Shown here: positions 25,292 through 37,694 of the stretch, one piece after another
How the letters are laid out: every line of letters starts with the position of its first letter
How positions within the stretch are numbered: the stretch's first letter is position 1
Source of the DNA: Parasitella parasitica NRRL 2501
Lineage: Eukaryota > Fungi > Mucoromycota
DNA: 64,000 nucleotides
Reading direction: 5' to 3'
Assembly: GCA_025201805.1 (NCBI GenBank)
Contig: MU619239.1
Span: forward strand, 403,000-466,999
The notes under the pieces: model-generated
The model's input: only the letters and a program-made list of their open reading frames with translations
Database searches by the model: none
Told to the model about the DNA's origin: nothing
Translations under genes and position numbers: made by a program

Positions 25292-28237
25292 TTAAGAGAA
25301 CCCAATGCTAGTCTTTTTGTTCTTTTTGCCATCGCCATATTTAGCATCCCACTTTTTGAGCTCGACTAAGCTTCCCATTTCATCGTTTGAACTAGCAGGC
25401 ACCATCTTGAGAGCTTCTGTAAAGTGATCCATAGTCAGTGCCTGAAATGCGTCTGTCTTTGCTTGTTCCTGAACAGCTTTAAGTGCAGCTGTAACACAGA
25501 GATTCTTCAGGTCAGAGCCTGAATATTGTCTAGTGATCTTGGCTAATTCATCTATGGGCACTTGATGGTCCTCCTCCTTCAAGAGAATCTTTAAGATTTC
25601 CGCACGATCTTTCTCATTCGGTAAATCAACTATATATATAAAAAACAAAAATAAACGAGTAAATATATAAATATTCAATAATATTTGTATGACAAGGTGT
25701 ACCGAGAATACGACGTGGCATACGTCTTAGAACAGCATCATCCAAGTCAAATGGTCGATTGGTTGCAGCCATGACGATAACGCCTTGATTAAGACTTGAT
25801 AAACCATCCCATTCCACCATAAACTGGTTAATAATCTCCCGGTGAGATCTCGCTGCTTGATCTGAGCCACGCTGATTCAATAGGCTGTCTACTTCATCAA
25901 TAAATATGACACAGGGCGAGAGCTTTCTTGCAAGAGAGAATACTGCCTAAAATGAAAATCACGACAACAACATAACAATTGTAAGCTTAAAATGTAACCA
26001 TCCATTTTTGCCTGTGTACCTTGACATTTTTCTCGCCTTGTCCAACATACATCTCGTAGCTATGGTATATAAAAATAATAATACATTAAACAACAAAGTA
26101 ATCACTTCACGTCAGAGGCACCACATCAACCTACACATCACTAGCTTGGATATCCAGCATGCGGCTTCCGCTATCTTTTGCTACTGCTTTGGCCAACATG
26201 GTCTGTTATGAAATACGCATGCGTATAAATAATCGATACGCAAATATCAGGAGATGCATGTATACAATACCTTTCCTGTGCCAGGTGGCCCAAATAGCAA
26301 TACACCAGGAATAAAGTTCTTTTTCAAAATGCCTTTCCTAAACAGCTCGGGGCGAAGCAAAGGTAGCGAAATCAACGATTGTAGTGTATTGATCGTCTGT
26401 GGCGGTGCACGTACGTCTTGAAAGGACCCCTGTACTTGAGCTATGTGGAAGTGTGTTACCATGTCAGTTAATAGACTCTAAACACACAACTTACTGCCAT
26501 CCACGACTCTGGCTAACAACTTGCGCTCAAACTCATTGCACTGCTTGCCGAGATGCGCAAGATCAATGCTGCCATCTTGCCTAAGTTTTAAGCTCTCTCC
26601 TGTCAGGGTCGATAGTGTGGTCGAGCTTTTTTCACTCATATATGCACACTGCTCCACAATTTGGTTTGCGGCTTCGAAATCTTGCAAATCTAGGCCGGAT
26701 TTGTTGTGTTGTAATGCATGTCCTATAGCAGCTGTGACACGACGATCTACATCCGAGGATGGCCATATCGCCTTCGAAATGCCATCCATTGCAAGCAAGT
26801 CATTCAGCAGATCACCTTGATTCTCCGTCTTTAGTTTCTGTGGATTCTTGTGGCTGTACATAGCCAGCAGCTGTTTGGCGTTAATCTCTCTAATCCTGCG
26901 CGATTCGTCCTGCTTCATGAGAAGTGCCCATTCTGATAGCTGATTTTCATCCTGCAGCGATGGTAGCACAGAGATACGACGCATGTTCAATATATCAGGG
27001 TAGTCTGGGTCTAATTTTCTCGTTCTCTGGCAGTGAGAAGCTATCATGATCACCCTATGTCCTTTTTGTTTCAAGTCTGCAACTGCGTCGACCAGCGAAT
27101 TCAACAGTATCTTGGAGAATTGGTCATGTATACCTCCGTAATCTCTCAGATAGACAATCTTGTCCTTGTCGCTGCCCTCCGACAAATGGCGTTTGAACAT
27201 CTGAGCGTATTTTCTCGATAGCTGCTTTATAGCCTTCTCGGCTTCTTTATCTCGTTTACTGCGTTGCACTTGGATGACTTTGTCAGGATCGTTGGGCTGT
27301 CCAAATGGCACGAAATGTAGCTTTACTTTAACCTCTTGTTCGTCGGTCTCATCGTCGTCCTCGTCGAAATTGTCTTCGTCGTATTCCTCTATATCGTCCT
27401 GGTCTTTATCTTCTTGTTGCTGTTTGATTATATCTATTGTATCATGGCCTAGATAGCCTACGTCTGAATCGTCTGCATCCTGCATATTATCATCCTCGTA
27501 TTCTTGGCTCAGAGCTAACAGTTTCTTGCGTTCTTGAGCATTCGACGAAAGCAAAGGCATCAGCTCGGCAACTAACAATGTATTAGACACATTTCCATCT
27601 GCTGCCATTCAACATTCTTTTACCATCTCTACTGAAGCTACGTTGTGCAAGAAATATGAAGTCTTGGGGATCCAAGATGAGCACATTGGCTTTGACCTTG
27701 GCCGCTAATTGATGGACCATATGATCTTGCAAATAACAAGATCCAGCATTGGGTACTGTGAGCCCAATATGGTCTGTGTGGTCAAATGCTGCCAAGGTCC
27801 CCTTTGGTGCCAGTCCTGATCTAATTGTGAATTCCAGCTCTTTCCAGACATAATCCGGTATAAATGATGCATATTTATTAGGCAGTGTCTTCAATGCTGC
27901 ATGCTTGATATAATTTGTGGATAAGAATGATTCTTAATGTAAATATCAATTAGTCTTTTACTCTTTTTCCAGATGTAAGCATCAGTTTGGTGCACATTGC
28001 AGGATTTTGCTTACCTGGTAAGGTGGCCATGGCCATTGTTCGTCTTAATTTGGTCGAACGGTGACGGCCGAGTTTTGTTGAATTTAATAAACTACTCGTT
28101 TTTGACGCAGTCGTTGCAGGTTTCTCTGTGTGAGGTTTGGCAGCAGGAGATTCTGCCACCCTTAAATAAGCCGAGGTATGAATCCATTTATTTACATTTC
28201 GTACTGGGAGTCTTTGCAATCGATAAAATATAGACAT
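25292..28237 (-). CDS. Msp1/spastin-clade AAA+ ATPase with long N-terminal extension, probably mitochondrial
   Basis: Walker A GPPGTGK|T (split by an intron), Walker B VIFIDEVD, SRH AATNRPFDLDDAVLRR, YSGSDLKNLC and C-terminal KWDAKYGDG...IGF. Arg-rich presequence-like N-terminus; multiple GT-AG introns. Confidence 0.9.
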
Positions 28238-29897
28238 TGGTTATATAATCTATGTATAAATAATGTACAGAACAAGAGAGTAACCAGCACATGGGTCGAA
28301 TAAACTAGTCCATAATTCCTTGCCATTACAGCTGTCCCCCCGCCCGCTTCAAATTAGCACTCAGCATTGAAAGCATAAAGCAAATGCCATTAATAAGAAC
28401 GAAGAAACAATTCAAAGATTGTTTAAAAAGACCAGAAAAAGTTTAGTGATTATAAAATCATCTACTTTTGTTGAAAGATTGGTTGTTTGTAGCTCGTGTA
28501 GAACTCCTTTGCATATTGCGAATACTTAAAGTATTGGATGATTGCTTTGATTTTAGTTGTTGTGATAAGAATACAGAAAATTAAATGCGTTTTCAATCAA
28601 GTATTAATAAAGTTTTGACATAATGAAATGAATTTTATATGTTTGCATTCATCAATTAGAATAAGGTCATACTTTAGCTGCGTTTGGGATGTTTTGACTA
28701 TATTGAAAATAGCTTTTAAGTAACTTTGCAAGTTTCTCACATAAATACGCTGGTATAATATAAAAGGTAGATCAGTCGTTACAGGTTTAATATCCACCAG
28801 TATGCAGAATGATAATCATTGAAGGCAACAAGTGGGAAACTATCCAAACAAAACTGCATTTTCATGAAAAAAATGACTCTCAACTTGACAACAAACCTTT
28901 GATCCGTCTTCTAATTATTTTTTGTACCCATTCCGTGCTCAATTTGGCCATTTGAAGTAGTAATTTCCAAGTCAACTTTGATCAAAGCCTAATAATTTTT
29001 CAAATGGAAAAATGCAACAGGTAGCTACTAGTTAGCACTATGGATAAATGCATTCTTATTTTGCTTTTTTTATTATTTGAAAAGTGAAAACTCGAACATG
29101 TTGAAAATGATATGAAACAAACAATTTTAGCTAACCAAATAATGTTTCAATTTGTATGAGATTCTTTCTGTATAGGATGTGGTAAATTTTTAAAAAAGAG
29201 CATTTTCTACGTGTTGTGAACTCTTCTGTATACAAGGTCAATACATATCGAATCTCAAGAATCATTGTTTTCCGAAAAAGTATATAATATGTATGATTTG
29301 TAAAATTATATGGATTAAGCCTGGAATAAAAAGCTAAATGTGCAGGCAGATGGGGATCTAGGTATATATATTATGCTGCACAAAGTAGGAGAATACATCG
29401 AAGCCAAAAATACCGTGTACATTCCGATGATAGCCACAGTATCAACTTATCAGCATGGCATGTGCAAAGGGCAATCCATTCTTTTTTTGATGATGCATTG
29501 ATCCCTTAGAATTGTGGTTGTTTGTTTCAATAGTAACTTGTCTATAAAGCGTAAATGCCACCAGATCAGATCACTGGAGAGCCAAGTGTCGAGAAAATGG
29601 TAATTATGTGAAATTACAGTGACATTCAATCTCGTTTGCATAACCGGCTGCGATTTTTTACAATCAAGAGACTTGGTGCATCATTATCAAAAGCTTGATG
29701 ATGTAGATGCATTTGATGACAGAGAAAGAAGAGAGCAATTGATTGTTTTTGTGTGAGAAACTGGAAATCTGGCGTCATGATTAAAATTGTCTGGATTTCA
29801 AGTGAGAGAAAGAGTACCTTTTCTCTTTTTTCCTTCACTTTTTTGTTTTCTCTCCATATCCTTTTCCATCTCGTATACAAACCTTTTACTCCTCATC

Positions 29898-31479
29898 ATG
29901 ACAGAAATTACACAACACTCTTTGCAGAGCCAAGTGATTCAAGAGGAGGTCTCTATAGATGAACGAAATGTAAATAGCATACTTGAGGAAGAAGATATCA
30001 CAGAAGCAACTTCTAGCAATTTGAATCGCACTCCCTCACCACCAAGAGATAAACATGAAAAATTGCACCAGAATGGGGGTTCCGATTCTGAAGAAGATGT
30101 GACAGAGGAAGCTGTGCAGCGCTTTAGCTTTTGTAAACCAACAACCGGCATGGATAGTTTGAGCACGGATTCTGCCGAGAATGCAATAGAAGAGACAGAT
30201 GCTGCGACTACTACATCTAACAGAGATCAAGAGCAAGACGGACATTCTCATATACTAGCAAATGTCCATGAGCATGCAGATCCAGAACAAGCGTCATCTG
30301 ACAGTCATTTAATTGGATCCACGGACACTGTCAATAGTGCTACCATGTCAACTGCGCCTACTACTGCCGCCAATACTGCTGCATCGACTGATAGCAACGT
30401 TAACAGCAACAGCAACAGTAACCCTACCAACAGTAACCCTACCAACAGTAACCCTACCAACAGTAACCCTACCAACAGTAACAGTAACCATAGCAACAGT
30501 AGCAGTAACCATAGCAACAGTAGCAGTAACCATAGCAACAGTAACATAGCATACACCACTCAAAACTCACCTCCCTCTATAAGAGGTCGAAGCGCAAGCA
30601 GCGCAAGTCCTACCACGCTAAATGGTAGCCTTTTACCTCGTTCACAAAGAGTTTGGGAGATGGATAGGCAAGCACCTGAATGTCGACGTTGTCACAGACG
30701 TTTTAATTTCCTAATTAGAAGACATCATTGCCGGTAAAATGTGCTGCGTAATATGAAAGCTCAAATAACTGACACCATACCTTACCATACCTTACCATAG
30801 TCGCTGTGGACAGATTGTATGCGATAAATGCAGCTCAAATAGAATTCGTTTACCTGTAGAAGAATTGATCGAAGACCCCATAGTGTCACCCTCCCAATAC
30901 CCACTACTAGCCTCACAATCTCAGCGAGTCTGTGACACTTGTTATCGAGAGCCGATACGCCGCTCATCCGAATCACACCAACGAAGAGGTCATCGATCTA
31001 CTCGACCCATGGGATTTGGATCGCAAATGAGACGCACAGATAGTAATCAGAGTCTAATGATAGATTGCCCAGTGTGTGGCACTACTTTTTTGGGAATGCA
31101 GAAAAATGAGCAGGAGGAACATCTACAACGATGCTTAAATGTAGGCAGTCCGCCTGTGCAATCACCACGCTATATTGGTAAGTGTTCAGTAGTGCGTATT
31201 AAGCGTAACAGGAATCAACGACTAATTTTATCTCAGTATACCAATTGTCACAGGACTCAACACAAATAGGCGATGAATGTCCCATTTGCTTTGAAGAGTT
31301 TGAACAAGGTAAGTTGGACTCAGTACTACCTTGTTTTCTTATGCTGACCAAATGAATGGATGTTAGGCGATAAAATATCAAGAATGATCTGTTTGTGTTC
31401 GTATCATCAACAGTGCTTGGGCTCATGGCTGCAGAAAGGGAAAGGCTGTCCAGTACACTATGATTTCCTCCAAATTTAA
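29898..31479 (+). CDS. FYVE-domain RING-H2 E3 ligase (Pib1-like)
   Basis: FYVE motifs WEMD...CRRC...RRHHCR|RCG...RVCDTC, a UBZ-like CPVC...EEHLQRCL, and C-terminal RING ECPICFEEFEQG..ICLCSYHQQC...W....GCPVH; three introns. Confidence 0.9.
30413..30545 (+). repeat. Coding minisatellite: 15-nt (AACAGTAACCCTACC)x4 followed by 21-nt Asn/His/Ser units
   Basis: Direct read; encodes (NSNPT)4 then NHSNSSS-type units. Confidence 0.9.
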
Positions 31480-32492
31480 TTGATTTAAATTTTTTGTAAA
31501 ATCTCTTTTTCCCTTATGTATGCTAAATATACACACTCATATTCTTGTTACTCATAGCTACGAACAACGCAAAATAAAATCTATAGCTCTATTGGATCAT
31601 TTATTTTACGGAAAACACTCATTTTCAGCTGAATTGCCTCGTTAGCTCGTTTAGCATTTTAAGCATTTTGAAATATCTTCTAGCAGTGCAGAATCCATGA
31701 TGTATATCGTCAGAAACAACAAGATGGCAGCGACCTCCAAACGGTTTTTTGCTTAAAATAGCCATATAATTTGTCATATCAGGCTCATCCTTTGGAATTG
31801 ACTTGAAAATAGGGATGCCTGACTTTTCTGCATCTTTTCGATCAATGAGAGAGGGATGAATTAAACAGGCGCCGACGAAAAAAGGTTGTTAGCTGCACAT
31901 TAGCTTATGCACCCAACAGTATCCTACAAATGTGGCTGCTTTGAGACCATCTGCCTTCAATTGTTTCTCTACTCTCAACATTGGAGTCACCTACAATAAC
32001 TGTCAGATTTGAACATCCATCTATCAAGCCAATCGGTTTTCTGATGGGATATGTTTATTTAATTTTTTCGAGTGGTTATACGGATACATTAAATTTCACT
32101 CAAATAAAATCGGGACCAAGGTCTCCTTATAAACAAAAAATACTACGACATAAAAACATCACTGAGGAAGTAACTGATAGATACGTACTGTTCCTCTAAT
32201 TGAAGAACGAGATTGTTTATGTCACACAGAGATAAATCAGGAAACATATGCATCAGACCCTTTTGTTCTCATGAATATTCTGCAATTCATTTTTCTTTCT
32301 CTTTTCATTTTTTTTATAACCTTTGCAGATGAAAAATGGCTAGAACTAAAAAGAAGCAACGATTAACGTATATTCCTGGCGTAACACAAATAAACACTCT
32401 TCCACGCTGGAAATCAATGGGCAAAAAAAGAGCCATTGAGGAAACAGAAGTGGTTGTTGTGCCAGGTCTTGAAAATGAGCACAGCAGGTGAT

Positions 32493-32885
32493 TGTATGTG
32501 ATATAAAAATATAAGAATGTAATAAAGACTTAGTTTACCAGATACAAAACTATTGATTTATTGATTGACAAGAAGCTGTCTATTTATATTAGAATAAATC
32601 TATCTAAATCAATCTATAAAATACAATCAGGTCATGCTCGACATTTAATTGTCAAACAAGATTATAACACAGTAGTAGTCAGAGCAAGACCTATTTCTAT
32701 ATTTAATCAGCTAATCGTTATGAATGTGAATCATTCATCGATAAGTTGAGCTCCGCAATTTAGAATAAGAAGAACCCAAATAGATGGTTTCTTATACAAG
32801 ACATTCTATTGAATACTTCTATTTACTAGATAGAATAATCGATGCCATTTAACCTTAGATACGATCAGGAACGGTTGCCATGACA
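32493..32885 (-). mobile_element. Putative solo LTR, copy A
   Basis: Bounded by TGT...ACA. The minus strand carries TATAAATAG followed by AATAAA. Shares colinear blocks (TAATAA(A)GACT, ACCAGATACAAAACT, CTATTTATA, AATCAAT, TGTCAAAC, AGACCTAT) with 33083-33399. No clear target-site duplication. Confidence 0.45.
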
Positions 32886-33082
32886 ACTGAGTTGAAATAG
32901 TGGTAACCATGGTATTCTATGGATACAACAGGCATGATCATCGCTATCTGAGCATAACTTGGTTTCTCTTGGGTGACCTTTCTATCACAAGTTATCTGCA
33001 AAAACAGTTTTATTTTTCAATATTTATCATAAATATCACATATTTGCTCATTGTTGTGCCAGTGTCAAAGGGCGCAGCGTAA

Positions 33083-33399
33083 TGTTATGTAAAATATGAT
33101 TTGTATAAAGTAATAAGACTTTTCTGAATAAAACCAGATACAAAACTGAAGACTTTTATTGACATAAGATATGATCTCTATTTATACTAAAATATATCCC
33201 AATCAATGTTTATCCACATAACATCTGATGTTTGACAAGAAGTGTCAAACCTTATTAAACCACAGCATTTCCAGGACAGACCTATCTTTCTATTTTACAT
33301 TAAAGAGAAGATTGGGTAGGATGTCTTCCCGACATCCCGCGATCTGATCTAGATGTATTCTTTGAATAAGCCTGGAACCTTGCAAGAGGTCCAGTTACA
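33083..33399 (-). mobile_element. Putative solo LTR, copy B (diverged relative of copy A)
   Basis: TGTTATG...TTACA ends, the same TATA/polyA arrangement and the same colinear blocks as 32493-32885. Confidence 0.45.
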
Positions 33400-34300
33400 A
33401 CTTGTAGCTTATTCCTTATATGTAAAAGAATTACCAACAATTAATATCATGATCCGTGCATTATGACTAAGTTAGATATGACATATGTAGCCTTTATATG
33501 GATACAACATCGATCTTTTTTTTTATCAATTCCACAGAGACTCGGTAAATAATTGTAAATAATAAGGTCATTTCTATGAAGTATTTTGAGACATGGAACT
33601 AAATTAAACCTTTTTTTGTATAATTGTCTTTTGATATTATGCACGGTAGTAACCTTTTCCAATTCATTAACTACTGAGATATTTCAAATCATAGATACAA
33701 AGTTCTAAAATATCAATAAAATAGATATCACCAAACAGAAAAAGACCTTTTTTTTAAAGCTTTTTGGCGGCGGCTTGTACAAAATGGATGCTCTCTTTTC
33801 ACAGCATAAAAAGTATTGGCAGGGCAGGTAACCTAGTTTGTTCAAATTAGTTCAAACAATGGGAAATTCATGAATTTAATACCGGTATTCAGTGCGCTAA
33901 AACCTACAAATGAGGAGCAAAACTTCGAGCGTTAAGAATAATGAGAAGAGTTTTTATTTATAAAATAGCCAGATCATGTTCAAGTCTCTACATCTCCTCC
34001 TTTCGCAAAAACTAGGCTTTCAATGTGTTGAAGAAACAAATTCAAGGAAATACTGCTAAAATACATATACGAGGGGCTTTACACAACATTCATGTTTGTT
34101 GCCCCATGTAGAATATCGTATACAAGAGTCCACGACCTGAATAATGATATTATATAACATGGTGGAAAAGCAAAATGATCAGGGGTGCATTTGCTCACAT
34201 TTATATTTAATTTTTGATGCGCATAATACGCTGACTCACATCCATACATTTAGGAGAGGCTTTATTTGTTTGCATAATGTGCTTCGAGATATGGAATATA

Positions 34301-35388
34301 TTATATGTGTATTGCATTGCTATTTTTACGGTCCAAGATGTGAATCGGTTTAAGATTAATGCTATTAGTAGAGGAGTTCTTTGTTTTGACACCAAATGTA
34401 CGCATAATAATGGTTACGAAGCTTTGATACATTAACCAGGCAGTAAACGAGACAAACGACATGCAAAAGTGCACTAGTTGTGTATTCTTGCTTGCTTTGG
34501 CGACAGTATTTTGCTGTTGGGGATTATAATGAAATCTGCCAAATATTGATGAAAACAAGACAGTTTTTAGAAAAGATCCCACTTGCACAACTACTTTCCA
34601 TAGTTCTTCGTCTTGATCTTGATCTTCTTGCTCTTCTCCATCAGAGTCTAGACTGAAGTAGCATGATTTGAATGATTCCTTTACAGGAGTTTCCGGTAAA
34701 AATTTCACTTCTGTGATATCTGGATTGAAGCGCACACTTTGCTTGCCTGATTCTGAAACGCATTTCGACCAAAATCGATCGTTTGTTCTCCAGTAATCTT
34801 TTTGTAATAAAATTGACGAAGTAGATGTGTTTTTTTTCAGAACTGGTTTGAGTGAATTGATAGCTTTATTTGATGTATGGAATTTTGTGTTGAATGATAG
34901 TGAAGGGTGCGTATTCAATTCTTTATCAGATGATGTCGATTGTACATCAGGTGGCAGGTACAGCGGCCCGTATAACCCTGGATCGAAAGAAATTTAATTT
35001 TATATTCATGATTATTATGTGTATATACCAACAGGTAACATCTGATTCTTTTTGCCTGTAAGGTAAAATGTAAATATTTTTTGAAATAAAATTCATAAAT
35101 GAATGGTATTTACCAATTCACTGTCGACGGATGGATCATTTGATTCGAATAGCTAAGTTGCTTGGTACATGATCGAGCCATTTGTCTCCAAATTGCATTT
35201 TGGTATCGAATTTGCTTATTATGCTCAACTGACAGTTTTTTAAGTTCTTTGGGTGTGCCTGTTTGCTGTTTACTGACAATGTTGAATTGTGTTTTGGACC
35301 GTTGTCTTTTGAGTTCTCTGTGAGCTTGGATCAGATCTACACAAGACCATTGATGCGATAAATAGTCGACACAGACACAGGCTTTCAT
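34301..35388 (-). CDS. Reg1-like protein phosphatase 1 regulatory subunit (DUF1752 domain), 3 exons
   Basis: CVDYLSHQW...RYQNAIWRQM...VNW|QKESDVT|WLYGPLY is the Reg1/DUF1752 block, followed by KPVLKK and an RVxF-type motif (KQSVRFN). Includes a 23-nt middle exon. Confidence 0.8.
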
Positions 35389-36265
35389 ATTAAAAGAAAT
35401 GTAAAAAGTTATACAAAGAAGAAGGAGATGTGAATTTACTCTCCCTATGTACCATGTTTTTATAGGCTCGTGCAACTTGTTCCCACAAAAAGAAAAAGTC
35501 GAAACACTTTATAAATTTATAGTTTCAATTTAGCCCAAAACAAAAAAATTATCTTCTGACACAAGCTCTGAATGGGCGTTTTATCTTACAATCGAATTTT
35601 GCAACACACATACGAATATACACACACAGACCTAGTTACACATGATATTCTCTTTAAAATGGTATATAGTGTTTTGTAGATCATGCAAAAGTGTCTGGTT
35701 TCCCGCTTAAACTACAATTGTAGTAATAATTCAGCATGTTTTGACAACAGGGGGGTGTATTTCAAAAGGGGAATGTATGTACAGCAAGTAATTTAATTAT
35801 TAATTCAAAATGATAACATTTTATTAATGTTTAAAACGTTGATTATTTTGTCAATATAATCTAGAACAGTATATACAAATGACGATTGCATAAAGTGCTT
35901 GATCTGATACAGCATTTCACAAACAAACATATATTCGATGAAACAACAACAACAATAAATGTATGTAACAAAGACTTCTAATAAGTATACATTTAAATAT
36001 TTTGCTATCATGTCTTTACAAAATACTCATCTGCCATTGCCATGGCAACCAGTTAATCAAAGTATATGTTTACGCTTGTTGCTCTATAGAATCCCTCCTA
36101 CACTTCTTTACTAAATGAACAATCTCTTTCAGCAAAGGCATTGAGCTCTTTACTTCATTGTTGAGCTACTTTGACGTCATACAATTGACTTCTGGATAAC
36201 AAGAAAAAAGCAATTTGTGAGAATACAGTTCACGACCTCTTTTTTTCGTTTTTTCATATAAAATT

Positions 36266-37379
36266 ATGGCTCAGTCTACTGATGGTATAAGGGTTGTTGA
36301 CGCCGAGCCTCAACCCACAGCTACACCTACTCAAAATTCATCCTTGAATGCAAATGCTCTCTTGAATAACACTTTAGATGGATTTGCCAACTTGAGCTCT
36401 CGCTTTAACCCGTTCGCACAAAAGCTAAACAAGAGTTTAGGTCAAGTCAGACAGGTAACCTATACAAAGTTTCACACAGAACAAGGCTAATTTGCTTACC
36501 AATGCGATAAAGTATGCTCAAGAGAAATTGGGAACAGCTGAAAATGTCACCGAATTGCCTCAAGAATATAAAGATTTGGAAAAGGTAAATGCTTGAGTTT
36601 TAAGAGGAATCAGTATGGATGGCATGTATTAACTTGATCGAAAGCGTATCGATGCTCTTCGCAGCGTACAAAACAACATGCTCAAAGTTTCTCGCACATA
36701 CAGCAACTCGTCTTATGATTATCCCGTTCAAATTCAAGAATCTCTACTTGGCATGACCAATACTGTCACCAGAGAAATTCAACATTTAACCTTGTCTTCT
36801 GCTGCTGATCGTGCAGCAGAAAATGCTCCTGCTACAGCAGAAGAGCCCAAGACCTTATTACATGGTCTTGCGCGTGTTGCTTCTCAAGGATCTCAAGCTA
36901 TCGGCGTTGAAGAACCTTTAGGAACTGCGCTTTTCAAATATGCTACAATCACCGAAAAAGTAGCAGACGCTCGTGTAAAGATGGACCATGCTATTGTCGA
37001 AAAGTTCAACAAGCCTGTTCAAACCACTCTCAATTCATCGATTGAACAAGCTCTCAAGGCCAGACGCAATGTCCAATCAATTCGTCTGTCGCTTGATGCA
37101 TGCAAGGCTAGATACCGTTCCGCGCGTCCTGAGAGATCAGAAGCAGCTCGTTTGGAAGTAGAACAAGTTGAGGATCAATTTGTTGCAGCAGTTGAAGAAG
37201 CCACCAATTTGATGAAAGCAGCACTGGAAAACCCTGAGCCTTTCCGTAATTTGGCAGATTTAGTCCAAGCTCAATTGCAGTATTTCAAGGAAGCCCATGA
37301 ACTTTTGAGTGATCTTGCTCCAGAATTGGATGAAATGCAAGTAAATCAAGAATCTTTGTACAGAAATAGTCGTGTTTAA
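36266..37379 (+). CDS. GVP36: BAR-domain protein, Gvp36-like
   Basis: Spliced product FNPFAQK...QYAQEKLG...VTELPQEYKDLEKRID...YDYP...EPKTL...RLSLDA...EDQFV...EEA; two introns. Confidence 0.85.
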
Positions 37380-37694
37380 ATTTTTCTTTTCATGATTAAA
37401 CAAAATTTGTGTATTTTATATCTGTCTGACACATTTCAACATGCCATTTGCTTCTGTTAATTTCAGAAGCTCTCTAATTATGAGATCTGACGTAGCAATC
37501 CGAAAGGAAGCTGCCGGAGAAAGTGCTTTATCCTACAACTTTCAGAATTGTGATACTGTATCATTGTTGGAAGGCAATCTTAAAAAATGCGTCGCACGAG
37601 GAGGCTTTCATTATCACATGTCTTCAACAAGCCAAAATCAAGCCGAACCAAATCTATATAATTTTTTTCTTTTTTTTTTTTTTTTTTTCCGAAC

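Noticed and set aside
30413-30545. Short tandem repeats resembling a CRISPR array
   Set aside because: No unique spacers, in frame within a eukaryotic CDS, and no cas genes.
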